Source: an uncultured Actinomycetes bacterium
GTDB taxonomy: Bacteria; Actinomycetota; Thermoleophilia; Gaiellales; Gaiellaceae
Direction of reading: 5' to 3'
Assembly (NCBI GenBank): GCA_963748755.1
Contig: CAVVKA010000001.1
Span: 121,995 to 185,994, forward strand
DNA: 64,000 nt
The notes below the pieces were generated by a model, which was not told the DNA's origin, did not search any database, and was given only the letters and a program-made list of their open reading frames with translations. Made by a program: the position numbers and the translations under genes. This document shows positions 34,356-43,876 of the stretch, in pieces (position 1 is the first letter of the stretch; each line of letters begins with the position of its first letter).

Positions 34356-36292
34356 ACCGGCACCTCCTCCATCTCGCGGGCCTTCGAGGGCGCGAGAACG
34401 GCGTGCTGGGCGCCGGGGACGCCGTACTCGTACGGCGAGCCGACGACCTGCGGGATCTCGTCGAAGTTGAAGATCGGCGGCGGCGAGGTGACCTGCCACT
34501 CGAGGGTCAGCGCGCGCCACGGGTTGGCGGGCGCGATCTCGCCGAAGCGCCAGCTCGTGATCATGTTGTAGAGGAAGACGATCACCGAGGCGCCCAGCGC
34601 GAACGACGCGAGCGAGATGAACATGTTGAGGTCAGCGAACCTCGGCAGGTAGTCGGCGACGCGGCGCGGCATTCCCTCGGTGCCGAGGATGTGCATCGGG
34701 AAGAACGTGAGGTTGAAGCCGACGAAGGTGAGCCAGAAGTGGAGCTTGCCGAGCCGCTCGTCGTACATCCGGCCGGTCATCTTCGGGAACCAGTAGTACA
34801 TCCCCGCGAAGATCGTGAACACGGAGCCGCCGAAGAGCACATAGTGGATGTGGGCGACGATGAAGTACGTCTGGCTCACGTGGATGTCGATCGGGACGGC
34901 GCCGAGCATCACACCGGAGAGCCCGCCGATCACGAACATGGAGAGGAAGCCGAGCGCGAAGAGCATGGGCGTGCGGAAATGGAGCTTCCCCTCCCACATC
35001 GTCGCGAGCCAGCTGAAGATCTTGATCCCGGTGGGCACCGCGATCAGGAGCGTCGTGATCATCATCGGCACGCGCAGCCACGACGACATGCCGCTCACGA
35101 ACATGTGGTGCGCCCAGACCGAGAAGCCGAGCACGACGATCGCCATCAGCGAGAGCGCCATCAACCGGTAGCCGAAGATCGGCTTGCGGCTGAAGACGGC
35201 TATGACCTCGCTCATGATCCCGAAGCCGGGCAGCATCATGATGTAGACGGCCGGGTGCGAGTAGAACCAGAAGATGTGCTGGTAGCCCAGCGGATAGCCG
35301 CCGCCGACGTCGTTGAAGAACGCGGTGTGCATCACGTGGTCGAACATCGAGAAGAACTGCGAGCCCGCGATGAACGGCGTCGCGATCACGACGAGCAGCG
35401 AGGTCGTGAAGTTCGCCCAGACGAGTAGCGGCAGCCGCCAGAAGGTCATCCCCGGCGCCCGCATCGTGATGATGGTGACGAGGAAGTTGAGGGCGGTCAT
35501 GATCGACGACGCCCCCGCCCACTGGACTCCCTGGTTGAAGAAGATCGCCCCGATCGGCTGGTGGGCCGAGCAGAGCGGCGCGTAGCCCGTCCAGCCGCAG
35601 GCGAAGGCGCCGCCGGGCATGAAGAACGAGCTCAGCATCATGATCCCCGCGATCGGCAGCAGCCAGAACGAGAGCGCGTTGAGGCGCGGGAAGGCCATGT
35701 CCGCCGCGCCGAGCATGAGCGGCACGACGAAGTTCGCGAGGCCGGCGAAGGCCGGGATGATGAAGAGGAAGATCATCAGCGCCGCGTGCACCGAGAAGAG
35801 ACCGTTGTAGGTCTGCTGGTCGAAGTACTGGATCCCCGGCTTCGCGAGCTCGGCGCGCACGAGCATCGCGAGCATTCCGCCCGCGAGGAAGAAGAAGACG
35901 GTCGTGACGAGGTACTGGACGCCGATCACCTTGTGGTCGGTGTTGACGCGGAAGTAGTCGCGCCAGCTCTTTGCGCCGTGACCCGAGTGGTCCTCGGCCC
36001 GCGTCGGGTAGCCGAGCGCGTAGTACGCCCAGTAGTCGAAGGCCCCGATGCCGGCGAGGAAGCCGAGCGGCGCCGTCACGAGCGCGGCGACGAGGACGAG
36101 CGGCTCCGTCGCGAGGATCGGATGCCAGCCGGCCGCCCAGCGGATGAGCACGACGATCCCGAAGCCGAGCCCGCCGAAGAACGGCGTCATCCAGACCGCG
36201 CGCAGGAGCCCGCCGCGGAAGAGCAACCGCCATCCGCCCCTGGTCGGGCCGGGCGTGTGGTGAAGGTCCTGGGCGGTCGCGGTCGTCGTCAA
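34352..36292 (-). CDS. ctaD: cytochrome c oxidase subunit I with an N-terminal extension of about 115 aa (2 TM)
   Basis: TDHKVIGVQYL...WAHHMF...HYVLFGG haem-copper oxidase core. 646 aa. Confidence 0.9.
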   Translation of the reverse strand: MTTTATAQDLHHTPGPTRGGWRLLFRGGLLRAVWMTPFFGGLGFGIVVLIRWAAGWHPILATEPLVLVAALVTAPLGFLAGIGAFDYWAYYALGYPTRAEDHSGHGAKSWRDYFRVNTDHKVIGVQYLVTTVFFFLAGGMLAMLVRAELAKPGIQYFDQQTYNGLFSVHAALMIFLFIIPAFAGLANFVVPLMLGAADMAFPRLNALSFWLLPIAGIMMLSSFFMPGGAFACGWTGYAPLCSAHQPIGAIFFNQGVQWAGASSIMTALNFLVTIITMRAPGMTFWRLPLLVWANFTTSLLVVIATPFIAGSQFFSMFDHVMHTAFFNDVGGGYPLGYQHIFWFYSHPAVYIMMLPGFGIMSEVIAVFSRKPIFGYRLMALSLMAIVVLGFSVWAHHMFVSGMSSWLRVPMMITTLLIAVPTGIKIFSWLATMWEGKLHFRTPMLFALGFLSMFVIGGLSGVMLGAVPIDIHVSQTYFIVAHIHYVLFGGSVFTIFAGMYYWFPKMTGRMYDERLGKLHFWLTFVGFNLTFFPMHILGTEGMPRRVADYLPRFADLNMFISLASFALGASVIVFLYNMITSWRFGEIAPANPWRALTLEWQVTSPPPIFNFDEIPQVVGSPYEYGVPGAQHAVLAPSKAREMEEVPV

Positions 36293-36299
36293 GCGCGGA

Positions 36300-37376
36300 T
36301 CATCCCTTCTTCTGCTGGGCGGACTGGACGAGGAACGTCACGAGGGCGTCGAGCTGCGGCTTCGAGAGCTGGTTCCCGAACGTCGACGGCATGACGCCTT
36401 TCGGGAACCCGGGTTGCACGTACGCGTCGGGGTCGACGATCGACTTCTGCACGAAAGCGGCGAGCGGCTGGTGCGCCTGCTGCGCATACGAGACGAGCTT
36501 GTCGAGGTCCGGCCCGACCGTGCCCGTCGACTTGGCGGCGCTCAGGGTGTGGCAGCTCGAGCAGCCGTTCGTGTTGAAGACCGAAAGGCCGGCGGCCGAG
36601 GAGGACGAGGAAGGCGGCGTCGAGGTTGTCGAGGTCGAGGTCGAGGTCGAGGCCGGCGCCGGTGCAGCCGATTTCTCCTGCTGCCGTAGCCAGGCATCGA
36701 ACGCCGCAGGCGTCATCACGATCGCTTCGGTGCGCATCAGGGAATGGCCGAGGCCGCAGAGCTCGGTGCACTCGAGCGGGAACGTGCCCAGGCGAGTGGG
36801 CGTGATGTGCAGCTGCGTGACGAGCCCGGGGACGACGTCCTCCTTCTGGCCGAACTCCGGCACGAAGACGGAGTGGATCACATCGAGCGCGCGCATGTAG
36901 AGCTCGACGGAGCGGTCCTTGGGCAGCCGCAACACCGGGCTCGTGATGTCCTTCGCGTCCGGGTAGTTGAAGGTGAAGGCGAATTGCTGGGCCGTGACGT
37001 TGACGCGAAGCGTGTCCCGCGCCTGGGCGTCGTTTCGCGAGAGGACGATGGCGCTCACGATCGCGATCGAGGTGACGAGGACGAACGGGATCGCCGTCCA
37101 CGTGATCTCGAGCCCGGTGTGGCCGTGGATGGGCGGCCCGTCCTCGAAGTCGTCGTCGCGGACGCGGAAGCGAAGGACGGCGTAGACGATCACCGCGGCG
37201 ACCAGCGCGAAGATCGCGATGCAGATCACGATCACGAACCAGATGACGAAGTCGATCCGCCCGGCCTCGCGTGATGCCTGCTCGGGCAGCCACGTGGGCA
37301 CGAGCGCAACGGCAGCGGCGACCCCGCCCGCAATCAGTGCAATCCCCAAGAGCGCGACGATGGAGCCCCTGCGCAT
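36300..37376 (-). CDS. ctaC: cytochrome c oxidase subunit II with fused C-terminal cytochrome c domain
   Basis: CuA site DVIHSVFVPEFG...CTELCGLGHSLM plus a C-terminal CSSCH haem c site. Confidence 0.9.
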   Translation of the reverse strand: MRRGSIVALLGIALIAGGVAAAVALVPTWLPEQASREAGRIDFVIWFVIVICIAIFALVAAVIVYAVLRFRVRDDDFEDGPPIHGHTGLEITWTAIPFVLVTSIAIVSAIVLSRNDAQARDTLRVNVTAQQFAFTFNYPDAKDITSPVLRLPKDRSVELYMRALDVIHSVFVPEFGQKEDVVPGLVTQLHITPTRLGTFPLECTELCGLGHSLMRTEAIVMTPAAFDAWLRQQEKSAAPAPASTSTSTSTTSTPPSSSSSAAGLSVFNTNGCSSCHTLSAAKSTGTVGPDLDKLVSYAQQAHQPLAAFVQKSIVDPDAYVQPGFPKGVMPSTFGNQLSKPQLDALVTFLVQSAQQKKG

Positions 37377-37467
37377 CCGTTTCGGAGCCTAGACGAAAGC
37401 CCCGTAGGCCGAACCTCGAACCGGCCCTCGTCCGTTTCTCTTCCGGACCCCGTCAAAGGAGGAGTGC

Positions 37468-37707
37468 ATGGGTCTCGGAGTAGGACTGATACTGGCGGCC
37501 GTGGGCGCCGTGCTCGCCTTCGCCGTGAACACGACCGTGTCCGGCGTCGACATCCACACGATCGGCTGGATCTTGCTGATCGTCGGCATCGTCGGAATCC
37601 TGTTGTCGTTGATCTTCTGGTCCTCGTGGGCCGGCCCGGGCTACTTCAGCCGCCGCCGCACCTATTACGACGAGGGCCCGGCAGGACCCGCCGGTCCCCC
37701 TTACTAG
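37468..37707 (+). CDS. small two-TM membrane protein (DUF6458-like)
   Basis: AAAGGAGGAG RBS. MGLGVGLILAAVGAVLAFAV...IGWILLIVGIVGILLSLI. Confidence 0.6.
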   Translation: MGLGVGLILAAVGAVLAFAVNTTVSGVDIHTIGWILLIVGIVGILLSLIFWSSWAGPGYFSRRRTYYDEGPAGPAGPPY

Positions 37708-37729
37708 AAGCTCGAAGCACGACTGAATC

Positions 37730-37762
37730 GGACACGGCCGGTAGCTGCTACCGGCCGTGTCC
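37730..37762. terminator. 15-bp perfect hairpin between convergent genes
   Basis: GGACACGGCCGGTAG / CTACCGGCCGTGTCC with a 3-nt loop. There is no U-tract, so the function is inferred only from position. Confidence 0.4.
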
Positions 37763-37774
37763 GCACGAGACACC

Positions 37775-40700
37775 TCAGGCGAGCGGGAGCTCCAGGAAGA
37801 ACGACGAGCCGGTGCGACCGTCCGAGTCGACCCAGATGCGGCCGTTCATCCGCGTCACGAGCTCCCGCGAGATGTAGAGGCCGAGGCCGGTGCCGCCCAC
37901 GCCTCGGGCCAGGTTCGGGTCGAGGCGGTAGAACTTCTCGAAGATCCGGTCCTGCTCCGCAGGAGGGATCCCGAGCCCCTGGTCTGTGACGCGGAACCGC
38001 ACGCGGCCGCCGCTGCGCCCGATCTCGACCTCGACCGGCCCGCCGTCGGGCGAGTACTTGATTGCATTGTCGATCAGGTTGGTGAGGATCTGGCGCAGCT
38101 TGTCCGGGTCCGCCGCGACCTCCGGCAGGCCACGCGACTTGCTCACGATGACGCCGATCCCCTGCGGCGCCCGTGCGCGCAGCACGTCCACCACCTCGTT
38201 CGCGATCGCCGCCGCGTCGCACCGCTCGATCGCAATGCTCATCCGGCCCGACTCGAGCCGGCTCGCCCAGAGGATGTCGTTCACGATGCGAGCGAGCCGG
38301 TCGGCCTCGCTGGAAACGACCTCCAGCAGCCTGTCGCGCTGCGACTCGTCGACGGCGACGTCGCGGCGGCGGAGCGTCATCGCCGCCCCGTAGATCGCCG
38401 CGAGCGGCGTACGAAGCTCGTGCGACACCGTGGAGACGAAGTCCGTCTTCATCTGCTCGACGGCGCGCTCGTCGGTGACGTCGCGGAACGCGTAGACGGT
38501 GCCTCCTGGGAAGCGGACTGCGGAGACCGACAGCCATCGCTCCTCTCCCTGCACCTCCACGGGCAGCGTCTGCGCGCGTGAGGCGCCGCCTGCCTGCCGC
38601 TCGGAGGCGACCGGGATCCGGGACTGCAGCGACTGCCAGTCGCCGAGCAGCTCGGCGATCGGCCGGCCGACGGCCTCCACCGCGGGCAGGCGGAGGCTGA
38701 TCGCGGCGGTGGGGTTCCAGAGCCGGACGACTCCCGCCTCGTCGACGAGGATGACACCGTCGTCGACGTACTCGAGCGCCACGGCTGCATGAGCGCGCTC
38801 CTGCGCCTCGGCGAAGAGGCGCGCGTTGTCGAGCGCAAGAGAGATCCGCCGCGCGAGCTCCATCGCCATCGCGAGGTCCGCCTCGTCGAAGCGTGGCTGG
38901 CCTTCGATCGTGCCGAGACTGATCGTGCCGAGGGTCCGCCCGCGGGCCACGAGAGGCGCGACGAGGCCGGAGGTGTTCGCAATGCGCCGGATCGCCCGCG
39001 CGTGCTTGGCGTCGTGGGCCATCGCCTCAGCCTCCGCCTGCAGGTCCGGGAGCAATTGCGGCTCGCCCGTTCGAAGAGCCACCTGGATCGGGTGCGTCGA
39101 CAGCGTCGGCGGGTACTGCCCGCGCAGCTCTCGGACGAGCTCCGTCTTCTCCGGATCCGCGTGGACCGCAACGACCCAGTGGAGCTCGTCCTCCTCGTCC
39201 AGCAAGTCGATCACCAAATAGCCGGCGAGCGCGGGAACCGCGAGCTCCGCGATCGCCGCGAGTGTCCGTTCCCAGTCGAGGCTCGCGACGAGCAGCTCGT
39301 TCGCGCGGGCGAGGAAGCCGAGCTGCTCCTCGGAGCGGCTGCGGCGCGTGACGTCGGCCACGATCGCTGCGGCGGAGACGATGACGCCGTCGTCGTCGCG
39401 CACCGGTGCGGCGCTGATCTCGAGGGTGCGCACCTCGTCGCCCGCCTCGAGCTCGCGCCGCTCGCCGACCGTCACCTCGCCCGTTTCGATCGCGCGCTCG
39501 AGCGGCCAGCCGATGGTGGCGATGCCACTCTTCCGGTGGTCGGAGCCGACGACGATCGGCGAGCCCCAGACGCGCTCGAGCTCCTCGTTCCGGAGGAGGA
39601 TGCGATGGTCGACGTCGGTGATAGCGACCCCGAGCGGCAGCTGCGCGATCACCGCCTGCAGCTGCGCGAGGGAGTCCTGCGCGCGGCGGTGGAGACCGAC
39701 GAGGTCGAGCGCGAGCGAGACGCGCCGCGCGAGCTCCGAGACGAGCTCGAGGTCCTCCTCTCCGTGCCTTCCCGGCTCTGCCGAGGTGACTGCGAGCACG
39801 CCGAGGCGCCTGCCCGCCGTCTCGAGCGGGACTACGATGAGCGAGCGCGACTCCATGCGGACGAGCTCCTCCTCGCCCGGCCGCGCGACCTTCTTCAGCG
39901 GCTGCTTCAGTGCGGGCCGGTGGATCGGCTTGCCGGTGCGGAAGACCTGGACGACCGGGATCCGACGATGCTGCGCGACGTCGTAGACCGCGTCGATCTC
40001 GTCAAGGAGGGCCGAGATGCCCGGCTCCACGTGGGCGTGGGCGACGCGGACGAGCTGGCTCTCCTCGTTCCGCGCGATGTAGACGTGGCAGCCGTCGGCG
40101 ATCCGCGGCACGACGAGCTGGGGCACCCGCCGGAGGAGCTCCTCGTAGTCGAGCGTCTGGCTCAGCTGCTCCGTCGCCTCGAGCAGGAGGGCGAGCCGCG
40201 CCCGTGAGGCCTCGGCCTCGTGCCGGGCGTCCACCTCGCGCTGGGCCGCGACCGTCTCCTGCGTGATGTCGCGCGTCACGTTGACGACGAGGTCGACGCT
40301 GCCGTCCGGCGCGAAGACGGGCGTGGCACGCAGCGCGAGCCAGCGCTCCCACTCACCCGAGCGGGCACGGATCCTGACCACGGACGAGCTCTCGGTGCCG
40401 CCCAACGCCTGCGCGGACGGGAGGTCCTCCGACGGGACGCGCGCTCCGTCGGAGTCGAAGACCTCGTACAGCGAGTGGCGTTTCTCCGGCCCCAGCGCGA
40501 CGAGCTCGTCGGCCGAGTCGAAGCCGGCGGCGCGGGCCGCAGCGTCGTTCGCGAACAAGATGCGACCGTCGCGGCTCGTCGCCGTGATCCCCTCCTCGAC
40601 TGTCCTCAGGATGCTCGCGAGCTGTTCGCTCGACTCGTGCAGCGCGTGCTGCGCCCGAGTCCGCTCGGCCACGGACGCGAGGTGGTTGGCGATCGTGCGT

Positions 40701-41359
40701 GACAGCAGCACCTCGCGGTCGCTCCAGTCGTGCGGCGCGTCGCGGTAGAGCATGAACCTCCCGAGCAGGCGCCCGCCTCGCACCAGCGGGATGAAGGCGA
40801 GCGCCCCGATGCCCTCCTTGCGGAGGACGCGCTCGAGCGCCGCCTCGAATCCGGCGCCCGCGACGTCGTCGACGAGCACGGGCTGCGGGTCCACGACGTC
40901 GGGCGGCCATGGGGAGTGTCCCTCGGTGGCGGCGCGATAGCGGTCGGAGAGGCCGCGCCAGGCGCGGAAGCGGAACACGCCGTCGTCGTCGGCGAGCAGG
41001 ACGGAGGCCCGGTCGGCTCCGGTCGCTTCGACGAGCGCCTCGAGTGCCGCCTCGAGCACTTCGTCGAGCGCCTGCGCGCCGGCGACGGCATCGGCGAAGC
41101 GGTACACGGCGTCGAGGTCGCGAAGCCGCCAGCGCAACTCCTCGCGCTCGCTCACGTCGCGGGCCGTCCCGAGCATGAAGCGAAGCTCGCCGTCCTCGTT
41201 GTGGACCGAGGATCCGTTCACCTCGAACCACGCATAGCTGCCACCGGCGCGGCGGATCCTGATCGTGACGGCGTCGACGTCGGTCCCGGTGGCGACCTCG
41301 TTCCAGGCCTCTGTGGCGAGCCTCACGTCGTCGGGATGGAGCAGCTCGATGATCGCCAC
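37775..41359 (-). CDS. multi-PAS/GAF sensor histidine kinase
   Basis: C-terminal HisKA/HATPase (SHELRTPLAAIYG...NLIDNAIKYSP...DQGLGIP...GTGLGLYISRELV) preceded by several PAS and GAF modules. The first PAS continues upstream of the GTG at 41359. Confidence 0.85.
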   Translation of the reverse strand: MAIIELLHPDDVRLATEAWNEVATGTDVDAVTIRIRRAGGSYAWFEVNGSSVHNEDGELRFMLGTARDVSEREELRWRLRDLDAVYRFADAVAGAQALDEVLEAALEALVEATGADRASVLLADDDGVFRFRAWRGLSDRYRAATEGHSPWPPDVVDPQPVLVDDVAGAGFEAALERVLRKEGIGALAFIPLVRGGRLLGRFMLYRDAPHDWSDREVLLSRTIANHLASVAERTRAQHALHESSEQLASILRTVEEGITATSRDGRILFANDAAARAAGFDSADELVALGPEKRHSLYEVFDSDGARVPSEDLPSAQALGGTESSSVVRIRARSGEWERWLALRATPVFAPDGSVDLVVNVTRDITQETVAAQREVDARHEAEASRARLALLLEATEQLSQTLDYEELLRRVPQLVVPRIADGCHVYIARNEESQLVRVAHAHVEPGISALLDEIDAVYDVAQHRRIPVVQVFRTGKPIHRPALKQPLKKVARPGEEELVRMESRSLIVVPLETAGRRLGVLAVTSAEPGRHGEEDLELVSELARRVSLALDLVGLHRRAQDSLAQLQAVIAQLPLGVAITDVDHRILLRNEELERVWGSPIVVGSDHRKSGIATIGWPLERAIETGEVTVGERRELEAGDEVRTLEISAAPVRDDDGVIVSAAAIVADVTRRSRSEEQLGFLARANELLVASLDWERTLAAIAELAVPALAGYLVIDLLDEEDELHWVVAVHADPEKTELVRELRGQYPPTLSTHPIQVALRTGEPQLLPDLQAEAEAMAHDAKHARAIRRIANTSGLVAPLVARGRTLGTISLGTIEGQPRFDEADLAMAMELARRISLALDNARLFAEAQERAHAAVALEYVDDGVILVDEAGVVRLWNPTAAISLRLPAVEAVGRPIAELLGDWQSLQSRIPVASERQAGGASRAQTLPVEVQGEERWLSVSAVRFPGGTVYAFRDVTDERAVEQMKTDFVSTVSHELRTPLAAIYGAAMTLRRRDVAVDESQRDRLLEVVSSEADRLARIVNDILWASRLESGRMSIAIERCDAAAIANEVVDVLRARAPQGIGVIVSKSRGLPEVAADPDKLRQILTNLIDNAIKYSPDGGPVEVEIGRSGGRVRFRVTDQGLGIPPAEQDRIFEKFYRLDPNLARGVGGTGLGLYISRELVTRMNGRIWVDSDGRTGSSFFLELPLA

Positions 41360-41665
41360 GCCGGGAAGCTCGGTCGGCTCCCACCCGAGATGCGCCCACG
41401 ACGGGGAGGCGTAGACGATCGCGCCCGCCAGGTCGCAGAGCGTGACGAGGTCGTGCGAGCGCTCGACGACGAGACGACGGACGGCGTCGTCGACGCTCTC
41501 GGCCGTGGTCGCCAGCGGCTCGGTCCCACTACTCGTCGTTCAGCCCCCCAATCAGGACTCCGTCGCGTCGCAGTCTGCCCGATCCGGCGGCCGACGGCCA
41601 GGGCGCGAGGTTGGCGGGCGGGGACTTCCCTCGTAAGATCGCGCCGAGGCCGAAAAGGAGCAGGG

Positions 41666-42631
41666 ATGACCGACGGGGACGAGCTCGAGCTCCCTACCTT
41701 CGGGATGCGGATCGTGTTTCTCCGGCGCGCGGCGGCGACGGGCGGCGAGTTGCTCGAGTACGAGGTCCACGGGCGGCCGCGCGGGTTTCCGGCACAGGCG
41801 CACGTGCACCCGCAGCAGTCGGAGCGCCACGAGGCGCTCAGCGGATCGCTGCTGGTGAAGCTCGACGGCGCCACCCGGGTGCTCGGCCCCGGCGAGTCGA
41901 TCGAGATTCCGCCCGGCAAGGCACATCGCCACTATGCCGCGGGCGAGGTCGACGGCCACGTTCGAGTCACGCTCCGTCCGGCGCTCCGCACCGAGCACTT
42001 GCTCGAACGTCTCGCCGAGCTCGACGCTGCCGGCGAAGTGACGAAGGGCGGCTACCTGAAGCCGCTCGCGGCGGCGCGGCTGATCCTCGACTTCCCCGAC
42101 GAGGGACGGGCGGCGCAACCGCCGGCCGCAGTGCAGCGCGCGCTGGCGCGCGGCATCTCCTGGATCGCAGACGGTCGAGGCGAGTACCTGTTCGTGGACG
42201 AGTGGGACGTGGCCGCACCGCCCGAGGCAGTGTTCGACCTCATCGCGGACGCCCGCACCTATCCATCGTGGTGGCGACCGGTCTACATCGACGTCGAGAG
42301 CGAGGGCGAGCCGGCGCTCGGCACCGCCTCGACGCAGCACTTCAAGGGAAGGCTGCCGTACCACCTCAGGACACGTTCGACGATCACGGTCTACGACCGG
42401 CCTCACCGGATCGGTGCCAACGTGGTCGGCGACTTGAGTGGGCGTGGGCTGTGGACCCTCACCCCGAAGAACGGCGGCACGCACGTGCGCTTCGACTGGT
42501 CCGTGCTCGCGGACAAGCCCGTGCTGCGACTTCTCACGCCGGTGCTACGCCCCGCGTTCCGCTGGAATCACGCCTGGGCGATCGCACGGGCCAAGGAGGG
42601 CCTCGAGCCGGCGGCGCGCGCGCAGAGTTGA
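41666..42631 (+). CDS. cupin + SRPBCC two-domain protein
   Basis: AAAGGAG RBS. Cupin AHVHPQQSERHEAL...GESIEIPPGKAHRH, then START-like AVFDLIADARTYPSWW...GTHVRFDW. Confidence 0.7.
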   Translation: MTDGDELELPTFGMRIVFLRRAAATGGELLEYEVHGRPRGFPAQAHVHPQQSERHEALSGSLLVKLDGATRVLGPGESIEIPPGKAHRHYAAGEVDGHVRVTLRPALRTEHLLERLAELDAAGEVTKGGYLKPLAAARLILDFPDEGRAAQPPAAVQRALARGISWIADGRGEYLFVDEWDVAAPPEAVFDLIADARTYPSWWRPVYIDVESEGEPALGTASTQHFKGRLPYHLRTRSTITVYDRPHRIGANVVGDLSGRGLWTLTPKNGGTHVRFDWSVLADKPVLRLLTPVLRPAFRWNHAWAIARAKEGLEPAARAQS

Positions 42632-42808
42632 GACCGCGCCGGTCCGGAGACTACTTGGGCCAGCGCGGGATACCGGTACGGCCGTAGGCGCGGCCAACCA
42701 CGATCCGCACCATCCGCTTCGCGAGCGGCTTCGGCCCGCGCGACGCGGCCCGCATGGTCGCACTGATCCGGGCGGCCCTGAAGAGAGACGAGGTGAGGCT
42801 CATGAAGG

Positions 42809-43198
42809 TCAGCCCTCGGCTGCAGCTTCGTCCGCGCTGTCGGGCTCGAGGATGAAGGTCTCGATCGAAAGGTCGGGGTCGACGTGGACCTGGGAGAGGA
42901 AGCCGACCACCTTGCGGCCGAGCGCTTGTTCGACGGCGTCGCAGAACGCCACGCGCATCGTCTCCTGAAATGCGTTTCTCGTCTCACGGACGGTGTCGAA
43001 GCGGCCGGCGTCGATCAGTGTCCGCTCGACGGTGGTGTAGATGTCTTCGAGAAAGCAGATGACGTAGTCGGAGCCCATCACCGTCCGCGTGCGTGTGGCG
43101 CCGCGTCCGTAGTGGGTGCGGTGCAGGCCGGCGATCGTGTTCGAGATCGTTGCGGCAGCTTTGCCGCGCTCCTGCGCGCCGTGCGGTTGGCCGTCCAC
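42809..43198 (-). CDS. DUF2294-like protein
   Basis: ISNTIAGLHRTHYGRGATRTRTVM..DYVICFLEDIYTTVERTL...FQETMRVAFCDAVEQALGRKVVGFLSQVHVDPD. GTG at 43198 chosen as start. Confidence 0.6.
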   Translation of the reverse strand: MDGQPHGAQERGKAAATISNTIAGLHRTHYGRGATRTRTVMGSDYVICFLEDIYTTVERTLIDAGRFDTVRETRNAFQETMRVAFCDAVEQALGRKVVGFLSQVHVDPDLSIETFILEPDSADEAAAEG

Positions 43199-43405
43199 CG
43201 GGCCTCTGTTTCCCTTCCGCTCCTCGGGTCTCGGCGCCCAGGAGGAAGAAGGAGCGAAAATGAAGCCGCCTGGAGGGCGTTGCTGCCTGCACATCGTAGC
43301 CGCCTCTCGAGCCGACAGCCGAATCCGTTATGCGGTTTCGCCCGTTCGCGGATAGGATCGTCTTGGTGGGGGTGCGCCAGGCGGTAGCGCCCGCACTCGC
43401 AGCAC

Positions 43406-43876
43406 GTGACGGGGAGCGGTAGGGGTCCTTGGGGCTCGGGGCCGATCCCTCGGTCGAAGAAACGCCGATCGAGGAGGTCTGCTCGAGTGTCCGTACCGCA
43501 ACACACCGACGGAGCGCCCGCAGCCGACGGCGACGGCGGTGCGTCTGGTGCGCGGAGGCAGGTGCTCTTCCGCGATCTGAACGAGGAGATTCGACGGATC
43601 GCTGACAGCTTCGACGCCGACGAGGCGCTCGAGCTCTGTTGCGAGTGCGAGCTCGGAGAGTGCCGCGCGCGCGTGTTCGTCTCGCATCAGCAGTACGAGG
43701 CTGTGCGCCGCTTTCCGACACGGTTCCTGGTCCTGGCTGAACACGTCGGCCCGGAAGACCGGATCGTGGAGGTGCTGTCGAGGACGGATTCGGTCGTCGT
43801 CGAGAAGGTAGGTGTCGGCGCGCGGACGGCGATCCTGGGTGATTCGCGTAAGCGTGTCGCGGACGGTCGCGTCTGA
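43406..43876 (+). CDS. hypothetical Cys-cluster protein
   Basis: LELCCECELGECRARVFVSHQQYEAVRRFPTRFLV. The start is uncertain (43406 or the GTG at 43487). The stop overlaps the next ATG (TGATG). Confidence 0.45.
   Translation: MTGSGRGPWGSGPIPRSKKRRSRRSARVSVPQHTDGAPAADGDGGASGARRQVLFRDLNEEIRRIADSFDADEALELCCECELGECRARVFVSHQQYEAVRRFPTRFLVLAEHVGPEDRIVEVLSRTDSVVVEKVGVGARTAILGDSRKRVADGRV

Noticed and set aside
40730-42631. 633-aa plus-strand ORF
   Set aside because: The first 312 codons are antisense shadow of the histidine kinase. The real gene starts at the ATG at 41666, preceded by AAAGGAG.
42651-42803. 50-aa basic ORF (MSLTSSLFRAARISATMRAASRGPKPLAKRMVRIVVGRAYGRTGIPRWPK) just downstream of the DUF2294-like gene
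   Set aside because: It is plausible by position, but it has no RBS and no recognisable family. Left uncalled.
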